Shown one piece after another: positions 7,198 through 16,943 of a stretch of DNA of 64,000 bases. Under the pieces are notes generated by a model. That model had not been told where the DNA came from. It made no database searches and saw nothing but the letters and a program-made list of their open reading frames with translations. The DNA is from an uncultured Alphaproteobacteria bacterium (lineage in GTDB: Bacteria; Pseudomonadota; Alphaproteobacteria; Rhizobiales; Kaistiaceae). The translations under genes and the position numbers were made by a program. The stretch lies in contig CAWAHE010000011.1 in the NCBI GenBank assembly GCA_963781775.1, forward strand, positions 130,312-194,311, in the 5' to 3' direction. Each line of letters opens with the position of its first letter. The stretch's first letter is position 1.

Positions 7198-8328
7198 ATG
7201 ACCGACCGTATCCGCGAATTTCTCCGCGACCGACGACCCGAAGGCCCGTGCCTTGTCGTGGACATGGACGTCGTCCGCGACAACTACAACACCTTCGCCC
7301 GCGCCATGCCCGACAGCCGCGTCTACTACGCGGTGAAGGCCAACCCGGCGCCGGAAATTCTGAAGCTGCTCGCCGGCCTCGGCTCCAGCTTCGACTGCGC
7401 CAGCGTCGCCGAGATCGACATGGCGCTCGCCGCCGGCGCCACGCCGGAGCGGGTCTCCTACGGCAACACGATCAAGAAAGAGCGCGACATCGCCGCTGCC
7501 TACCAGCGCGGCATCCGCCTCTTCGCGGTCGATTCCCGCGAGGAGGTCGAGAAGATCGGCCGCGCCGCGCCCGCTTCCCGCGTCTTCTGCCGCATCCTCG
7601 TCGCCAATGATGGGGCCGAGTGGCCGTTGTCGCGCAAGTTCGGCTGCATGCCGGCCATGGCCGTGGACGTCCTCGAGCATGCCCACCGTCTCGGCCTCGA
7701 CGCCTACGGCGTGTCGTTCCACGTCGGCTCGCAGCAGCCGAACCCGGACGCGTGGGGGAACGCCCTCCAGGCCTCGGCCGAGATCTTCCGCACGCTCTCC
7801 GAGCGCGGCATCCAACTGCGCATGGTCAACCTCGGCGGCGGTTTCCCGGCGAAGTACCTCAAGAAGATCCCCGTGGTGAAGACCTACGGCCGCGCCATCC
7901 ATTCGGCGCTCCGCAAGCACTTCGGCAACCGCATCCCCGAGACCATCATCGAGCCCGGCCGCGGCATGGTCGGCGACGCCGGCGTGATCAAGGCCGAAGT
8001 GGTGCTGATCTCGCGCAAGGAGGACAACGATCCCCTGCGCTGGGTCTATCTCGACATCGGCAAGTTCGGCGGCCTCGCCGAGACCATGGACGAGGCGATC
8101 CGCTACCCGATCCGCACGCCGCGCGACCGCGACGCCAAGAGCCCCTGCGTCATCGCCGGGCCGACCTGCGATTCGGTCGACGTGCTCTACGAGAAGGCGC
8201 CCTACGAGCTGCCCGTGTCGCTGTCGATCGGCGACGAGGTGCTGATCGAGGGCACCGGCGCCTACACGACGACCTACTCGGCAGTCGCCTTCAACGGCTT
8301 CGAGCCGCTCAAATCCTACGTGATCTGA
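7198..8328 (+). CDS. odc: Type III PLP-dependent ornithine (Orn/Lys) decarboxylase
   Basis: ORF 7180..8328 with the ATG at 7198 (MTDRIREF). Family blocks are YYAVKANP (PLP Lys), GSSFDCAS, LGGGFP and GPTCDSVD. Confidence 0.9.
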   Translation: MTDRIREFLRDRRPEGPCLVVDMDVVRDNYNTFARAMPDSRVYYAVKANPAPEILKLLAGLGSSFDCASVAEIDMALAAGATPERVSYGNTIKKERDIAAAYQRGIRLFAVDSREEVEKIGRAAPASRVFCRILVANDGAEWPLSRKFGCMPAMAVDVLEHAHRLGLDAYGVSFHVGSQQPNPDAWGNALQASAEIFRTLSERGIQLRMVNLGGGFPAKYLKKIPVVKTYGRAIHSALRKHFGNRIPETIIEPGRGMVGDAGVIKAEVVLISRKEDNDPLRWVYLDIGKFGGLAETMDEAIRYPIRTPRDRDAKSPCVIAGPTCDSVDVLYEKAPYELPVSLSIGDEVLIEGTGAYTTTYSAVAFNGFEPLKSYVI

Positions 8329-8339
8329 GCCCGAAACCG

Positions 8340-8861
8340 ATGATCACATATGGATCGGAGGCGCCGGCCGAAGCCGGCGCCCGGGAAGCCCTGCTCGACC
8401 GCGTCATGGGCCGCGAGCGGCGGTTCAAGCCGTCCGAGCGCCTGCGCCGTGGCCGCAAGCCAGCCGAAGGGCTGGCGCTGGTCGCCCGCGACGGCGCCAG
8501 GCTGGTCGCGACCGTGCGCCTGTGGCACGTCAAGGCCGGCGACAAGCCGGCGCTGCTGCTCGGCCCGCTGGCCGTGGACGGCACCGCCCGGGGCGACGGC
8601 GTCGGCGCCAACCTCATGCGGCTCGCGATCGCCCGCGCCGGCACGAACGGCCACGCGGGCATCATCCTGGTCGGCGACCCGGAATATTACGAGCGCTTCG
8701 GCTTCACGGCCGACCACACAAGCGGCCTGACCATGCCGGCGCCGGTCGATCGCCGGCGGTTCCTCGGGCTGGAACTGAGGCCGGCGGCGCTGGTCGCGGC
8801 ATCCGGCCTTCTGGTTGCGGCCGGCGAACCCGTCGTCGAGGCGGCGCTGCTGGCGGCGTAG
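8340..8861 (+). CDS. GNAT family N-acetyltransferase
   Basis: This is the in-frame tail of ORF 7620..8861, starting at the ATG at 8340 (MITYGSE), 173 aa. It carries LGPLAVDGTARGDGVGANLMRLAI and YYERFGF, and lies 11 bp after the odc stop. Confidence 0.8.
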   Translation: MITYGSEAPAEAGAREALLDRVMGRERRFKPSERLRRGRKPAEGLALVARDGARLVATVRLWHVKAGDKPALLLGPLAVDGTARGDGVGANLMRLAIARAGTNGHAGIILVGDPEYYERFGFTADHTSGLTMPAPVDRRRFLGLELRPAALVAASGLLVAAGEPVVEAALLAA

Positions 8862-8887
8862 GTAACCGGCGCGATCCGATTGGCCGG

Positions 8888-9604
8888 CTAGAAGCGGTAG
8901 TCGAGCCCGAAACGCACTGTGTCGAAGACATGGGCTGCATCGCTGGCGATCAGCGGAGGGTGCGACGGGGGCTCATAGAAGCGGTAGCTCTGCGTGCCGA
9001 GGTCGACGTGGAGGAATTCCGCCTTCACGCTCCAATGGCTATCGAGCGCCGCGGCGACGCCACCGCCGAGGACATATCCGATACTGGTGTTACCGCTCGA
9101 CGTGGTGACCGTGCCAGCCTTGTAGTAGTCGTGCAGGTTGCCCTGCAGGCCGCCAGACGCCACGCCGGCCGTGCCGAAGACCAGGAAACGGTCATATGCC
9201 AGACCGACCTGCGCCCTGAGCGTCGCAAGCCAGCTCAGCTTCGAATCGAGCGAGAACTTATTGACGCTGTCGGCGTAGCTGCCGGTGACATTGGCGGCCG
9301 ACAGATCCGCCTGCATGCCGAGGACGACATTGCCCACCTGCCAGTTGTAGCCGGCCTCGCCGCCACCGGTATGGCCATCGAGCGAGTAGGCAAAGCCGGA
9401 TAGCGAACCGAGCAGGGTGGTCCCGGCAATGCTGTCGTAGAAGCGGATATCGCCTGTCGTGCCCCTGCCCGTCGCGTATCCGGCCTGCACGCCGACATAG
9501 GCGCCAGTCCAGTCGACCTGTGGCATCGCCGATTGTGCCAAGGCAGTGTGCGGCAAGGTCAGACCGACCGTAAGAAGAACAGTAGCCGCCAAATAAGATC
9601 TCAT
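8888..9604 (-). CDS. Outer-membrane beta-barrel protein (Omp25/RopB/OmpA-like porin family)
   Basis: The ORF is 238 aa. It has a signal peptide ending ..PHTALA/QS, an alternating amphipathic strand pattern, and ends in ..RFGLDYRF. Confidence 0.85.
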   Translation of the reverse strand: MRSYLAATVLLTVGLTLPHTALAQSAMPQVDWTGAYVGVQAGYATGRGTTGDIRFYDSIAGTTLLGSLSGFAYSLDGHTGGGEAGYNWQVGNVVLGMQADLSAANVTGSYADSVNKFSLDSKLSWLATLRAQVGLAYDRFLVFGTAGVASGGLQGNLHDYYKAGTVTTSSGNTSIGYVLGGGVAAALDSHWSVKAEFLHVDLGTQSYRFYEPPSHPPLIASDAAHVFDTVRFGLDYRF

Positions 9605-9887
9605 TCCGCAAACCTCAGAACATTTGGCACAATGTTTCCAACGTCAGGAAGCAATCGCCGCGACCAAGGCCCAGTGGTCCGCCCGATCGAGCCGCATAAG
9701 ATACCTCCCATATCGCGCCATCTGAACGGCCGGCCGACAAATGGCCTGCATCATGCGACTGCTCCAAGCAGCGCAGACCCCTTGCAGCGTGATTCGACCG
9801 TCTCGAACGACGAAAACTTGAACCCTGGCGCGCGGCCTGTATGTCCTGTTGTGCACATGTGCCCCGTCCAAACCGAAGGAGGCGCGA

Positions 9888-11072
9888 ATGGACCGGATTC
9901 GCGATTTCTTTCAACGCTGGGTCTTTCCGTTCCTGCCCTATCCGCATCTGATGGGGCTGGCACCGCTCGACAGCGTGCTGCGCCTGCTCCTGCGCACGCG
10001 GCTGAACGTTCCCGTGTCGTTGTGGCCGCGCCTCGTCCTGCTGCTCTTCTTCTCGACGCTCTCCACCATCCTGTCGCTGCCGGAACGGCTGGCCATCGCC
10101 GCCTGGCTGCGCTTCCGCCCGCGCCGGGTGGAGCCGCACGAGGCGCCGGTCTTCGTGCTCGGTTATTTCCGCTCGGGCACGACGCATTTGCAGACGCTGC
10201 TCTCGCTCGACCCGCATCTGCGCACGCCGATCTGGCTGGAGGTCCTGTCGCCGCACACCTTCGTGCTGACATGGACGATCCTGCGCGTCCTGCTGGCGCC
10301 GTTCCTGTGGCTTGTCCGCATTCGCCGGGTATCTCCGCTCGGCGCGACGCTGCCGGCGGAGGACGATTTCGCCCTTTGCACGTGGGCGCGCGCATCGGTG
10401 ATTGCCGGACGCGCCGTGCTGCCGGAACAGCAGGCCTTCTACAACCGTTTCCACGATCTGGAACACCTGACGCCGGACGAGATGGCGCGCTGGGAGCACT
10501 ACCAGACGACATTCGTCGGCAAGCTGATGCTGGTCTCGGGAGGGCGGCGGCTCGTGCTGAAATCGCCGAGCCACACCGCGCGCGTGCGTCATCTCCTGCG
10601 CCTGTTTCCAGGCGCCAAGTTCATCCACATCTCGCGCCCGCCGCGCGCTGTCTTCCAGTCGAACGTCGCGCTGGTCAACACGCTCCAGGACGTCTTCCGC
10701 TTGGGGGCGCGCATCGACCCGGATGCGCAGGAGGAGATGATTGTCGCGGAATATGCCGCAACGATGGATCGCTATGTCACCGACCGCGACCTGATCCCGC
10801 CCGGCGACCTCGCGGAAGTGCGGCTGCAGGATCTCGCCGCCGATCCGATCGGCGAACTGGAGCGCGTTTACGCCAGGCTCGGGCTGCCGCTCAGCGCGAC
10901 GTTCCGCGACCGGCTGGTGAAGCGGCTAACCGCACGAAAGCAGCGGACGCCCCTCGCCCATCCTGAGATGACCGAGACGCAGATGGCGCGGGCAGCGCGG
11001 CTCGACCGGCTGGGACCGCTCTTCGGTCACGACCGGCCGACCGTCGCCAAAGCAGAGACGCACCGCTCCTAG
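9888..11072 (+). CDS. Sulfotransferase family protein with a hydrophobic N-terminal region
   Basis: ORF 9849..11072 with the ATG at 9888 (MDRIRDFF). It has the PAPS 5'-phosphosulfate loop GYFRSGTTHLQ and LVLKSPSHTARV. Residues of about 20-75 are hydrophobic (LVLLLFFSTLSTILSL). Confidence 0.75.
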   Translation: MDRIRDFFQRWVFPFLPYPHLMGLAPLDSVLRLLLRTRLNVPVSLWPRLVLLLFFSTLSTILSLPERLAIAAWLRFRPRRVEPHEAPVFVLGYFRSGTTHLQTLLSLDPHLRTPIWLEVLSPHTFVLTWTILRVLLAPFLWLVRIRRVSPLGATLPAEDDFALCTWARASVIAGRAVLPEQQAFYNRFHDLEHLTPDEMARWEHYQTTFVGKLMLVSGGRRLVLKSPSHTARVRHLLRLFPGAKFIHISRPPRAVFQSNVALVNTLQDVFRLGARIDPDAQEEMIVAEYAATMDRYVTDRDLIPPGDLAEVRLQDLAADPIGELERVYARLGLPLSATFRDRLVKRLTARKQRTPLAHPEMTETQMARAARLDRLGPLFGHDRPTVAKAETHRS

Positions 11073-12280
11073 CGCGGGCCGCCGCCGTGCGGATTCACGA
11101 TACAATCGGTTGACGCAGCCTTGCCGTCGAAACGATCCGCAATCCAGTCGACGGCCGTTGCCGCACTGACCATGGCGATGGTGTCATGAATACCGTCCGG
11201 GACGTTGAAATAGCGAAGCGTTGCCCCCTGATTGCAGAGGTCAACGGCAAATTGCGTCGTCACCGGCGGGTCCACGATCTTGTCGTCGCTGCCTTGTGCG
11301 ATGAAGACCGGCGGCCACTTCACGGTCTGGCGGGCCGGCGTGCTGCTCGCCAGGTATCCGCTCCATGGCGCGATCTTGGCGGGATCACCCTTGAGGAAGC
11401 TTTTCTCGATCTGGCCAAACGCGGAGGCGTCGACCATCAGGTCGACGAAGCCGGACAGGCATTGCGATCCGATCTCGCCGACCGCCTTGACCGCCGTCGA
11501 ATGCACAACGGAATCGAGCGACGTGTCGAAGACGTGCGACCACGACCACAGGCTAAGCGCGGTGAGTACCTGCCCCGCCTGCGTCGTGATGTCATCATCG
11601 AACAATTCGGCAAGTTCGGTCGCCGGCGCCGCAGCGGCCAGCGCCACCAGCTTGAGCTCGGGCGCATAGCTGGCAGCGAGCTCCGCCGCCCACACCGCCG
11701 CGTGGCCTCCCTGCGAGTGACCCCACACCGCGTACTGGTTGCTCGTCTTGGCGAACGTTCGCGCGGCGCGCACGGAATCGAGAACCGCGCGTCCCTCGCT
11801 GATGCCCACCAGATAGGGATGCACGCCCGCGGTCCCGAGCCCGGGATAGTCCGTCGCGACAATGACGTAGCCGCGCTTCACCATCTCATCGAGGCCGGCG
11901 ATCGTGTCCATCATTCCATCAAGCTGAAGCGACGGCGCGCACTTGCGTGCGACGCCGGTCGTCGGATGGGCCCATGCCACGACTTTCCAGCCGCCGGCCG
12001 GTGGCGAACTCGTCGGGATGATCACGACCGCCGACACGGCGATCGACTGCCCGTCGAGGCCGGTCGAACGATAGAGGATGCGCTCGGCGCGCGTGCCCCA
12101 CGGCGAGCCACGGAACGACTCGGCGCGGATGATGCTGCCCGGCGCGCCCGCCAGCTCAGCCGACGTTGTTTCATAAAATTCGTAGGAATCCGCCGCAGCG
12201 GGCACGGAGATCAGGCCCAGGCACACGGCGGCCACGCAAAGGCCGCCAAACCGGGCCGCAGGCGAGGGAAAATTGGTCAT
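11069..12280 (-). CDS. Secretory lipase (LIP family) alpha/beta hydrolase
   Basis: The ORF is 403 aa with a signal peptide (..LISVPAAA/DS). It carries ILYRSTGLDGQSIAVSAVVIIP and the nucleophile elbow GHSQGG. Confidence 0.7.
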   Translation of the reverse strand: MTNFPSPAARFGGLCVAAVCLGLISVPAAADSYEFYETTSAELAGAPGSIIRAESFRGSPWGTRAERILYRSTGLDGQSIAVSAVVIIPTSSPPAGGWKVVAWAHPTTGVARKCAPSLQLDGMMDTIAGLDEMVKRGYVIVATDYPGLGTAGVHPYLVGISEGRAVLDSVRAARTFAKTSNQYAVWGHSQGGHAAVWAAELAASYAPELKLVALAAAAPATELAELFDDDITTQAGQVLTALSLWSWSHVFDTSLDSVVHSTAVKAVGEIGSQCLSGFVDLMVDASAFGQIEKSFLKGDPAKIAPWSGYLASSTPARQTVKWPPVFIAQGSDDKIVDPPVTTQFAVDLCNQGATLRYFNVPDGIHDTIAMVSAATAVDWIADRFDGKAASTDCIVNPHGGGPR

Positions 12281-12357
12281 GGCATCGGGCTCCCGCGATT
12301 GAGCCTACGCCCCTCCCCGCGCATGCCCAAGCCAGCCAGCGCCGGCCCCACGCCGGC

Positions 12358-13374
12358 TCATTCGCTGTCTAGCGGCAAAATCCCTACTATTTTCCCAACG
12401 CCGCCTGGTCCTTGCAGATGCGGTCCATCAGCGCGATCGAGCTCGTGCGGCTCCTGGCTGGCGGTCTTGTTGCGCGCCTTGAAGTGCATGATCGAGTCCT
12501 CGAGAATCGTCGGCAGGTCGGCCGCGCATGTGAAATCGCCGGCCACGCTCTTGACCTTGCTGTTGTCGAACAGCGCGCACCAGCTCTTGTCGCCGAGCAG
12601 CGGCCCCTCCCACGCGTGGTGATATTTGATCAGCGTGTCGGTCGGCACGTGGACGATGTCGGCCTTGACGCCAAGGGCCGCCGCGATGGCGTTGGTGATC
12701 TCGTCCCAGGTGAAGGCGCGATCGTTGGTTATCTGGAAGTCGTCGCCGAGGGCCTTCTTGTTGCCGAACAGCTTGACGAAGGGCTTGGCGAAATCGACGC
12801 AGCGGGTCACCGTCCACAAGCTCAGCCCGTCGCCATGCACGATCACCGGCGCGCCGCGCAGCAAGCGCCGCGCAACCGCATCGCCGTCGCCGATGGCGAG
12901 CGGCATGCCGGTCCGGACCGTGTGACTCGGCCGCACAATCGTCCACGGCAGCTTCGACTGCCCGCGAATCAGTTTCTCGCATGCGATCTTGTCGCGGCTG
13001 TACTGCCAGTAGGGATTCTCGAGCGGCGTCTTCTCGGTGATGATGTAGTGCTTGGCCGGCTTCTGATAGGCCGAGGCCGACGAGATGAAGATGTACTGCC
13101 CGGTCTTGCCGGCGAAGGTGTCGATGTCCTTCTGCACCTGCTCCGCCCTGTAGGCGCGGAACTGACAGACGACGTCGAACTTGCCGTCGCCAAGCTGGCC
13201 GTAGGTGGCGCTGTCGTCCATGTCGCCGACGATGATCGACACGCCCTTGGGGAGTTCGACATTGGTCTTGCCACGGTTGAGCACGCTTACCTTGTGGCCG
13301 GCGGCCAGCGCCTCGTGAACGCAAGGTAGCGAAATCTGTCCGGTGCCGCCGATGAAGAGAATGCTGAGTGCCAT
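12358..13374 (-). CDS. NAD-dependent epimerase/dehydratase family (extended SDR) protein
   Basis: The ORF is 338 aa, with an N-terminal FIGGTGQIS Rossmann motif and YSRDK (YxxxK). Confidence 0.8.
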   Translation of the reverse strand: MALSILFIGGTGQISLPCVHEALAAGHKVSVLNRGKTNVELPKGVSIIVGDMDDSATYGQLGDGKFDVVCQFRAYRAEQVQKDIDTFAGKTGQYIFISSASAYQKPAKHYIITEKTPLENPYWQYSRDKIACEKLIRGQSKLPWTIVRPSHTVRTGMPLAIGDGDAVARRLLRGAPVIVHGDGLSLWTVTRCVDFAKPFVKLFGNKKALGDDFQITNDRAFTWDEITNAIAAALGVKADIVHVPTDTLIKYHHAWEGPLLGDKSWCALFDNSKVKSVAGDFTCAADLPTILEDSIMHFKARNKTASQEPHELDRADGPHLQGPGGVGKIVGILPLDSE

Positions 13375-13409
13375 GGTTTCCCCCTGTGACTGGATGCTTG
13401 AGAAAAGGA

Positions 13410-15446
13410 TTAGTCCGCGAGACCGCGTTTGCGCAGCAGCGGATCGGTAGACGGCATGCGGCCCCGGAAGGCGGCATAGGCCTCGACCGGATCGCGCAGA
13501 TAGCCGGCCGAATAAACGTAATCGTGGAGCCGCTGCGCCGTTTCGGGATGGAAGATATCGCCGGCTTCAACGAACGCCTCGAAGGCGTCGGCGTCAAGCA
13601 CTTCCGACCACAGGTAGCTGTAGTAGCCCGACGCGTATCCATCGCCGGAGAAGATGTGCTGAAAATGCGGCGTTCGGTGACGCATGACGACGGTCTCCGG
13701 CATGCCGATTCGCTCCAGCGCCGCCGCCTCGAATTCGAGCACATCGACGTCATCCGCATCCGGCAACAGATGCAGATCGAGATCGACCAGCGCCGATGAG
13801 GTGTACTCGACCGTGGCAAAGCCCTGATTGAAGCGGCGCGCCGCCAGCACCTTTTCGAGCAGCGCCTCGGGCATCGGTTCGCCGGTTTCGGCGTGGAGCG
13901 CGAAGCGGCGGAGAACCTGCGGCTGCTCCAGCCAGTGCTCGTAGAGTTGCGACGGCAGTTCGACGAAATCGCGCGCCACGCTGGTGCCGGCGATCAGCGG
14001 ATAGGTCACGTCGGAAAGCAGGCCGTGCAGCGCGTGACCGAATTCGTGGAACAGCGTGCGCGCGTCGTCGAAAGAGATCAGCGTCGGCTGGCCAGCCGGC
14101 GCCTTGGCGAAATTCATGGTGTTAAGGACGATCGGGCGTACGTCGCCGGCGAGCTTGTGCTGGTCACGCAGGCCCGACATCCAGGCGCCGCTCCGCTTGG
14201 AGGACCGCGCAAAATAGTCGGCGAGGAAGATGCCGACCGGCTTGCCGCCTTTGCCCGTCACCTGCCAGACGCGCACCTCGGGCCGGTAGAGCTTCACGCC
14301 CTTGATCTCCTCGAACGAAAGACCAAACAGCCGGCCGGCGACATCGAAGGCAGCAGCGATGACATTGTCGAGTTGCAGATAGGGCTTCAGCTCTGCCTCA
14401 TCGAAATCGAACTCGGCCTTGCGCTGGCGTTCGGCGTAGTGCCGCCAGTCCCATGGCGCCAGGCTGAAATTGCCGCCTTCGGCGGCGATCAGCGCCTGCA
14501 ACGCCCGCCCTTCGGCGTCCACCCGGCGAAGCGCCGGCTGCCAGACGGCGGCAAGCAGATCGGCAACGGCCTCCGGCGTCTTCGCCATCGTGTCGGCGAG
14601 CCGGAAATGCGCGAAGGTATCGTAGCCCATCAGTCGGGCGCGCTCGTTGCGCAGGCGGATGGTCTCGGCGATCAGCGCCTTGTTCTCTGCCTCGCCGCGC
14701 CGCACCCAGGCCTGGAAGGCTTTCTCGCGCAGGTCGCGGCGCGTCGAGAATTGCAGGAACGGCTCGATCGACGAGCGCGACAGGGTGATGACGTATTTGC
14801 CCGGCAGGTCGCGCTCGCGGGCCGCTTCCGCCGCCACCGCACGCACCGATTCCGGCAGGCCGGCGAGATCGTCTTCGCCGTCGAGCACGAGCATGAAGCC
14901 GTTCTCGGCGGCCAGCACGTTTTGGCTGAACTGGGTGCCGATGGCCGCCAGGCGCTCGCTGATCTCGGAGAGCCGCTTCTTGCCCGCATCAGCGAGCGCG
15001 GCGCCGGCCCGCACAAAGATCGTGTGATAGCGGTCGAGGACACGAAGCTGCTCGTCGTTGAGACCGAGCGTATCGCGCTTCTGCCAGAGCGCGTCGATGC
15101 GCCGGAACAGCGGCGCGTTCAGGTAGATCTCGTTGCCATGGCGGGCGAGCAGCGGCGCGATCTCACGCTCCACCGCCTGCAGATCCTTGTTCGTGTCGGC
15201 CGAGGCAAGGTGGAAGAAGACCGAGGCCACCCGGTCGAGATCGAGGCCGCTCTTCTCCAAAGCGACAATGGTGTTGTCGAAGGTCGGAGCGTCCTTCGCT
15301 TCGGCGACCGCCGTGACGGCGGCTATCTGCGCGGCCATTGTGGCGTCGAAGGCCGGGCGGAAATGCTCCGCCTTGATGCGGTCGAAAGGCGGCAGGCCGA
15401 TACCGCCCCATGGCTCAAGGAGCGGATTGTCGCTGGAAATGGTCAT
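13410..15446 (-). CDS. dcp: M3 family metallopeptidase, peptidyl-dipeptidase Dcp
   Basis: ORF 13410..15497, trimmed to the ATG at 15446 (MTISSDNPLL), 678 aa. It has the zinc motif HEFGHALH. Confidence 0.85.
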   Translation of the reverse strand: MTISSDNPLLEPWGGIGLPPFDRIKAEHFRPAFDATMAAQIAAVTAVAEAKDAPTFDNTIVALEKSGLDLDRVASVFFHLASADTNKDLQAVEREIAPLLARHGNEIYLNAPLFRRIDALWQKRDTLGLNDEQLRVLDRYHTIFVRAGAALADAGKKRLSEISERLAAIGTQFSQNVLAAENGFMLVLDGEDDLAGLPESVRAVAAEAARERDLPGKYVITLSRSSIEPFLQFSTRRDLREKAFQAWVRRGEAENKALIAETIRLRNERARLMGYDTFAHFRLADTMAKTPEAVADLLAAVWQPALRRVDAEGRALQALIAAEGGNFSLAPWDWRHYAERQRKAEFDFDEAELKPYLQLDNVIAAAFDVAGRLFGLSFEEIKGVKLYRPEVRVWQVTGKGGKPVGIFLADYFARSSKRSGAWMSGLRDQHKLAGDVRPIVLNTMNFAKAPAGQPTLISFDDARTLFHEFGHALHGLLSDVTYPLIAGTSVARDFVELPSQLYEHWLEQPQVLRRFALHAETGEPMPEALLEKVLAARRFNQGFATVEYTSSALVDLDLHLLPDADDVDVLEFEAAALERIGMPETVVMRHRTPHFQHIFSGDGYASGYYSYLWSEVLDADAFEAFVEAGDIFHPETAQRLHDYVYSAGYLRDPVEAYAAFRGRMPSTDPLLRKRGLAD

Positions 15447-15514
15447 GGCGGGTCCGGAAGCGGAAGGAGGAACCATATATAGCCCTCCCGCCCGCAAGAT
15501 TGTAGTCCACGCCG

Positions 15515-16780
15515 TCAGTTCGTGCTTCCCGCGCCTTCAGACAGCCGGCGGGCCATGAGCGCTGTCGCCGCGTCAAGCTGCGGGTCGCGGCCAGCGGCAT
15601 AGCGCACGTCGAACGGCACGGCGACATCCGGCTGCACGGGATTGTTCTCCAGGCGCTGGCCATCGATATAGACGTCGGCGACGGCGACCTCGAGCAGGCT
15701 GTCGTCCGGCAAGAGATAGGCCGTGCCGGCGACGAGGTTGCCGGCGGTCGGCGCCCCGACCAGCGGTACGCCGTTCTTCTTCAGCGAGTAGGCGAGCACC
15801 TCCATGCCGCTGCGCGTGCCGCCGTCGATGATGGCAACCACCGGCTTCGGCCAGCGATACACGGCGTAGCTGCGATTGCCGTCGCGATCCACGGTCTCCA
15901 TGTCGGCGGCCCTGCCGACAAACGTCTCGGCGGCATCGCCCGGCGCTCCGCCCCACTTGCTCCTGAGGTCGAGCACGAGGCCATCGATATCCTTGAGCGC
16001 TCCACGGCTGAGCTCGTTGTAGAGCACCTGGGTCACGTCATCGCGGGTGTAGGACCAGAGGCGGATATAGCCGATGCGCTTGCCGTTCTGGTCGAGGCGG
16101 CGTGCGCTGTCGCCGATCGCCTTGACGAACGCATCGCCGGGCTGGATCTGCTCGACCGGCACGTCGATGGTGATCGGCTGGGCATCTTCCTCGCGCCGGA
16201 CGGTCATGTGAACCGCCTGCCCAGCCTTGCCCAGGAAAGAGGCGATTTCGGCGAAAGGCTCGCCATCGACTGCAATGATCTCGTCGCCGGCAAGGACGCC
16301 CGCGCGGCTCGCCGGGCTGCCATCATAGACATCGGTGACGAAGGTCTTGCCGTCCATCACCGCGCTGGCGATGCCGATACCGGCGTAGCTCACCTCGCCC
16401 TGCGGATAGAGCCGGCGCGAATCGCGCCGGATGGCGAAGCGGAACACGTCGGAGAGTTCGTAGTAGTTCACCTGATCCTGCGTGAAGCGCCCGGTATGCG
16501 AGGAATGCAGGCTGTTCAGGACGAATTTCACCGCATCGTCAATCATCGCCGGATCGGCGTGACTAAGGTCGGGCATCTGCGCGACGGCAAGCGACGCCGC
16601 ATCGTTGAACGCGGGCAGCGCCGATGGCGCGAAGAAATGCTCGTTGATCAGATCGACCGTGCGATCGAACACCGGATTGCCGGATCGCGCCGGCTGGTCG
16701 GCATTGGCCGGCAGCCCGCAGCCGAGCCAGACCGGAACGATCACAAGCAGCGCGCGAAGCGCTGGCGAACGTGATGTCAT
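15515..16780 (-). CDS. S41 family peptidase (C-terminal processing protease-like, with a PDZ domain)
   Basis: The ORF is 421 aa with a signal-like N-terminus. It has a PDZ block (GSPASRAGVLAGDEIIAVDG) and the S41 catalytic region (IIDGGTRSGMEVLAYSL). Confidence 0.8.
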   Translation of the reverse strand: MTSRSPALRALLVIVPVWLGCGLPANADQPARSGNPVFDRTVDLINEHFFAPSALPAFNDAASLAVAQMPDLSHADPAMIDDAVKFVLNSLHSSHTGRFTQDQVNYYELSDVFRFAIRRDSRRLYPQGEVSYAGIGIASAVMDGKTFVTDVYDGSPASRAGVLAGDEIIAVDGEPFAEIASFLGKAGQAVHMTVRREEDAQPITIDVPVEQIQPGDAFVKAIGDSARRLDQNGKRIGYIRLWSYTRDDVTQVLYNELSRGALKDIDGLVLDLRSKWGGAPGDAAETFVGRAADMETVDRDGNRSYAVYRWPKPVVAIIDGGTRSGMEVLAYSLKKNGVPLVGAPTAGNLVAGTAYLLPDDSLLEVAVADVYIDGQRLENNPVQPDVAVPFDVRYAAGRDPQLDAATALMARRLSEGAGSTN

Positions 16781-16885
16781 GAAGGGATCCCCTCCCCGTC
16801 GCCCGCCTGCCGCCCGTTATTCGCATCTACAGCAGAGGCAGCCATCGTCAAGGCCGGCCAGCCCGGCGGGTTGACTTGATGCCCC

Positions 16886-16930
16886 GATTCCCGCCAATCA
16901 CGCGGCGACCCGAACCCGGATTCCCGCCAA
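16886..16930 (+). repeat. Two 12-bp direct repeats (GATTCCCGCCAA) 33 bp apart in the hss upstream region
   Basis: The copies lie at 16886-16897 and 16919-16930. The second abuts the AAGGAG ribosome-binding site, and a TTGACT lies at 16871-16876. The second copy plus two bases upstream (CCGGATTCCCGC, 16917-16928) equals the reverse complement of the REP hairpin arm plus flank at 63514-63525. Confidence 0.6.
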
Positions 16931-16943
16931 GGAGAACAGCGCG

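Noticed and set aside
11069-11072. Convergent sulfotransferase and lipase genes sharing a CTAG in their stop codons; also hss and ndh converging with a 2-bp gap (18377/18380)
   Set aside because: This is real but trivial gene packing. No functional implication can be supported.
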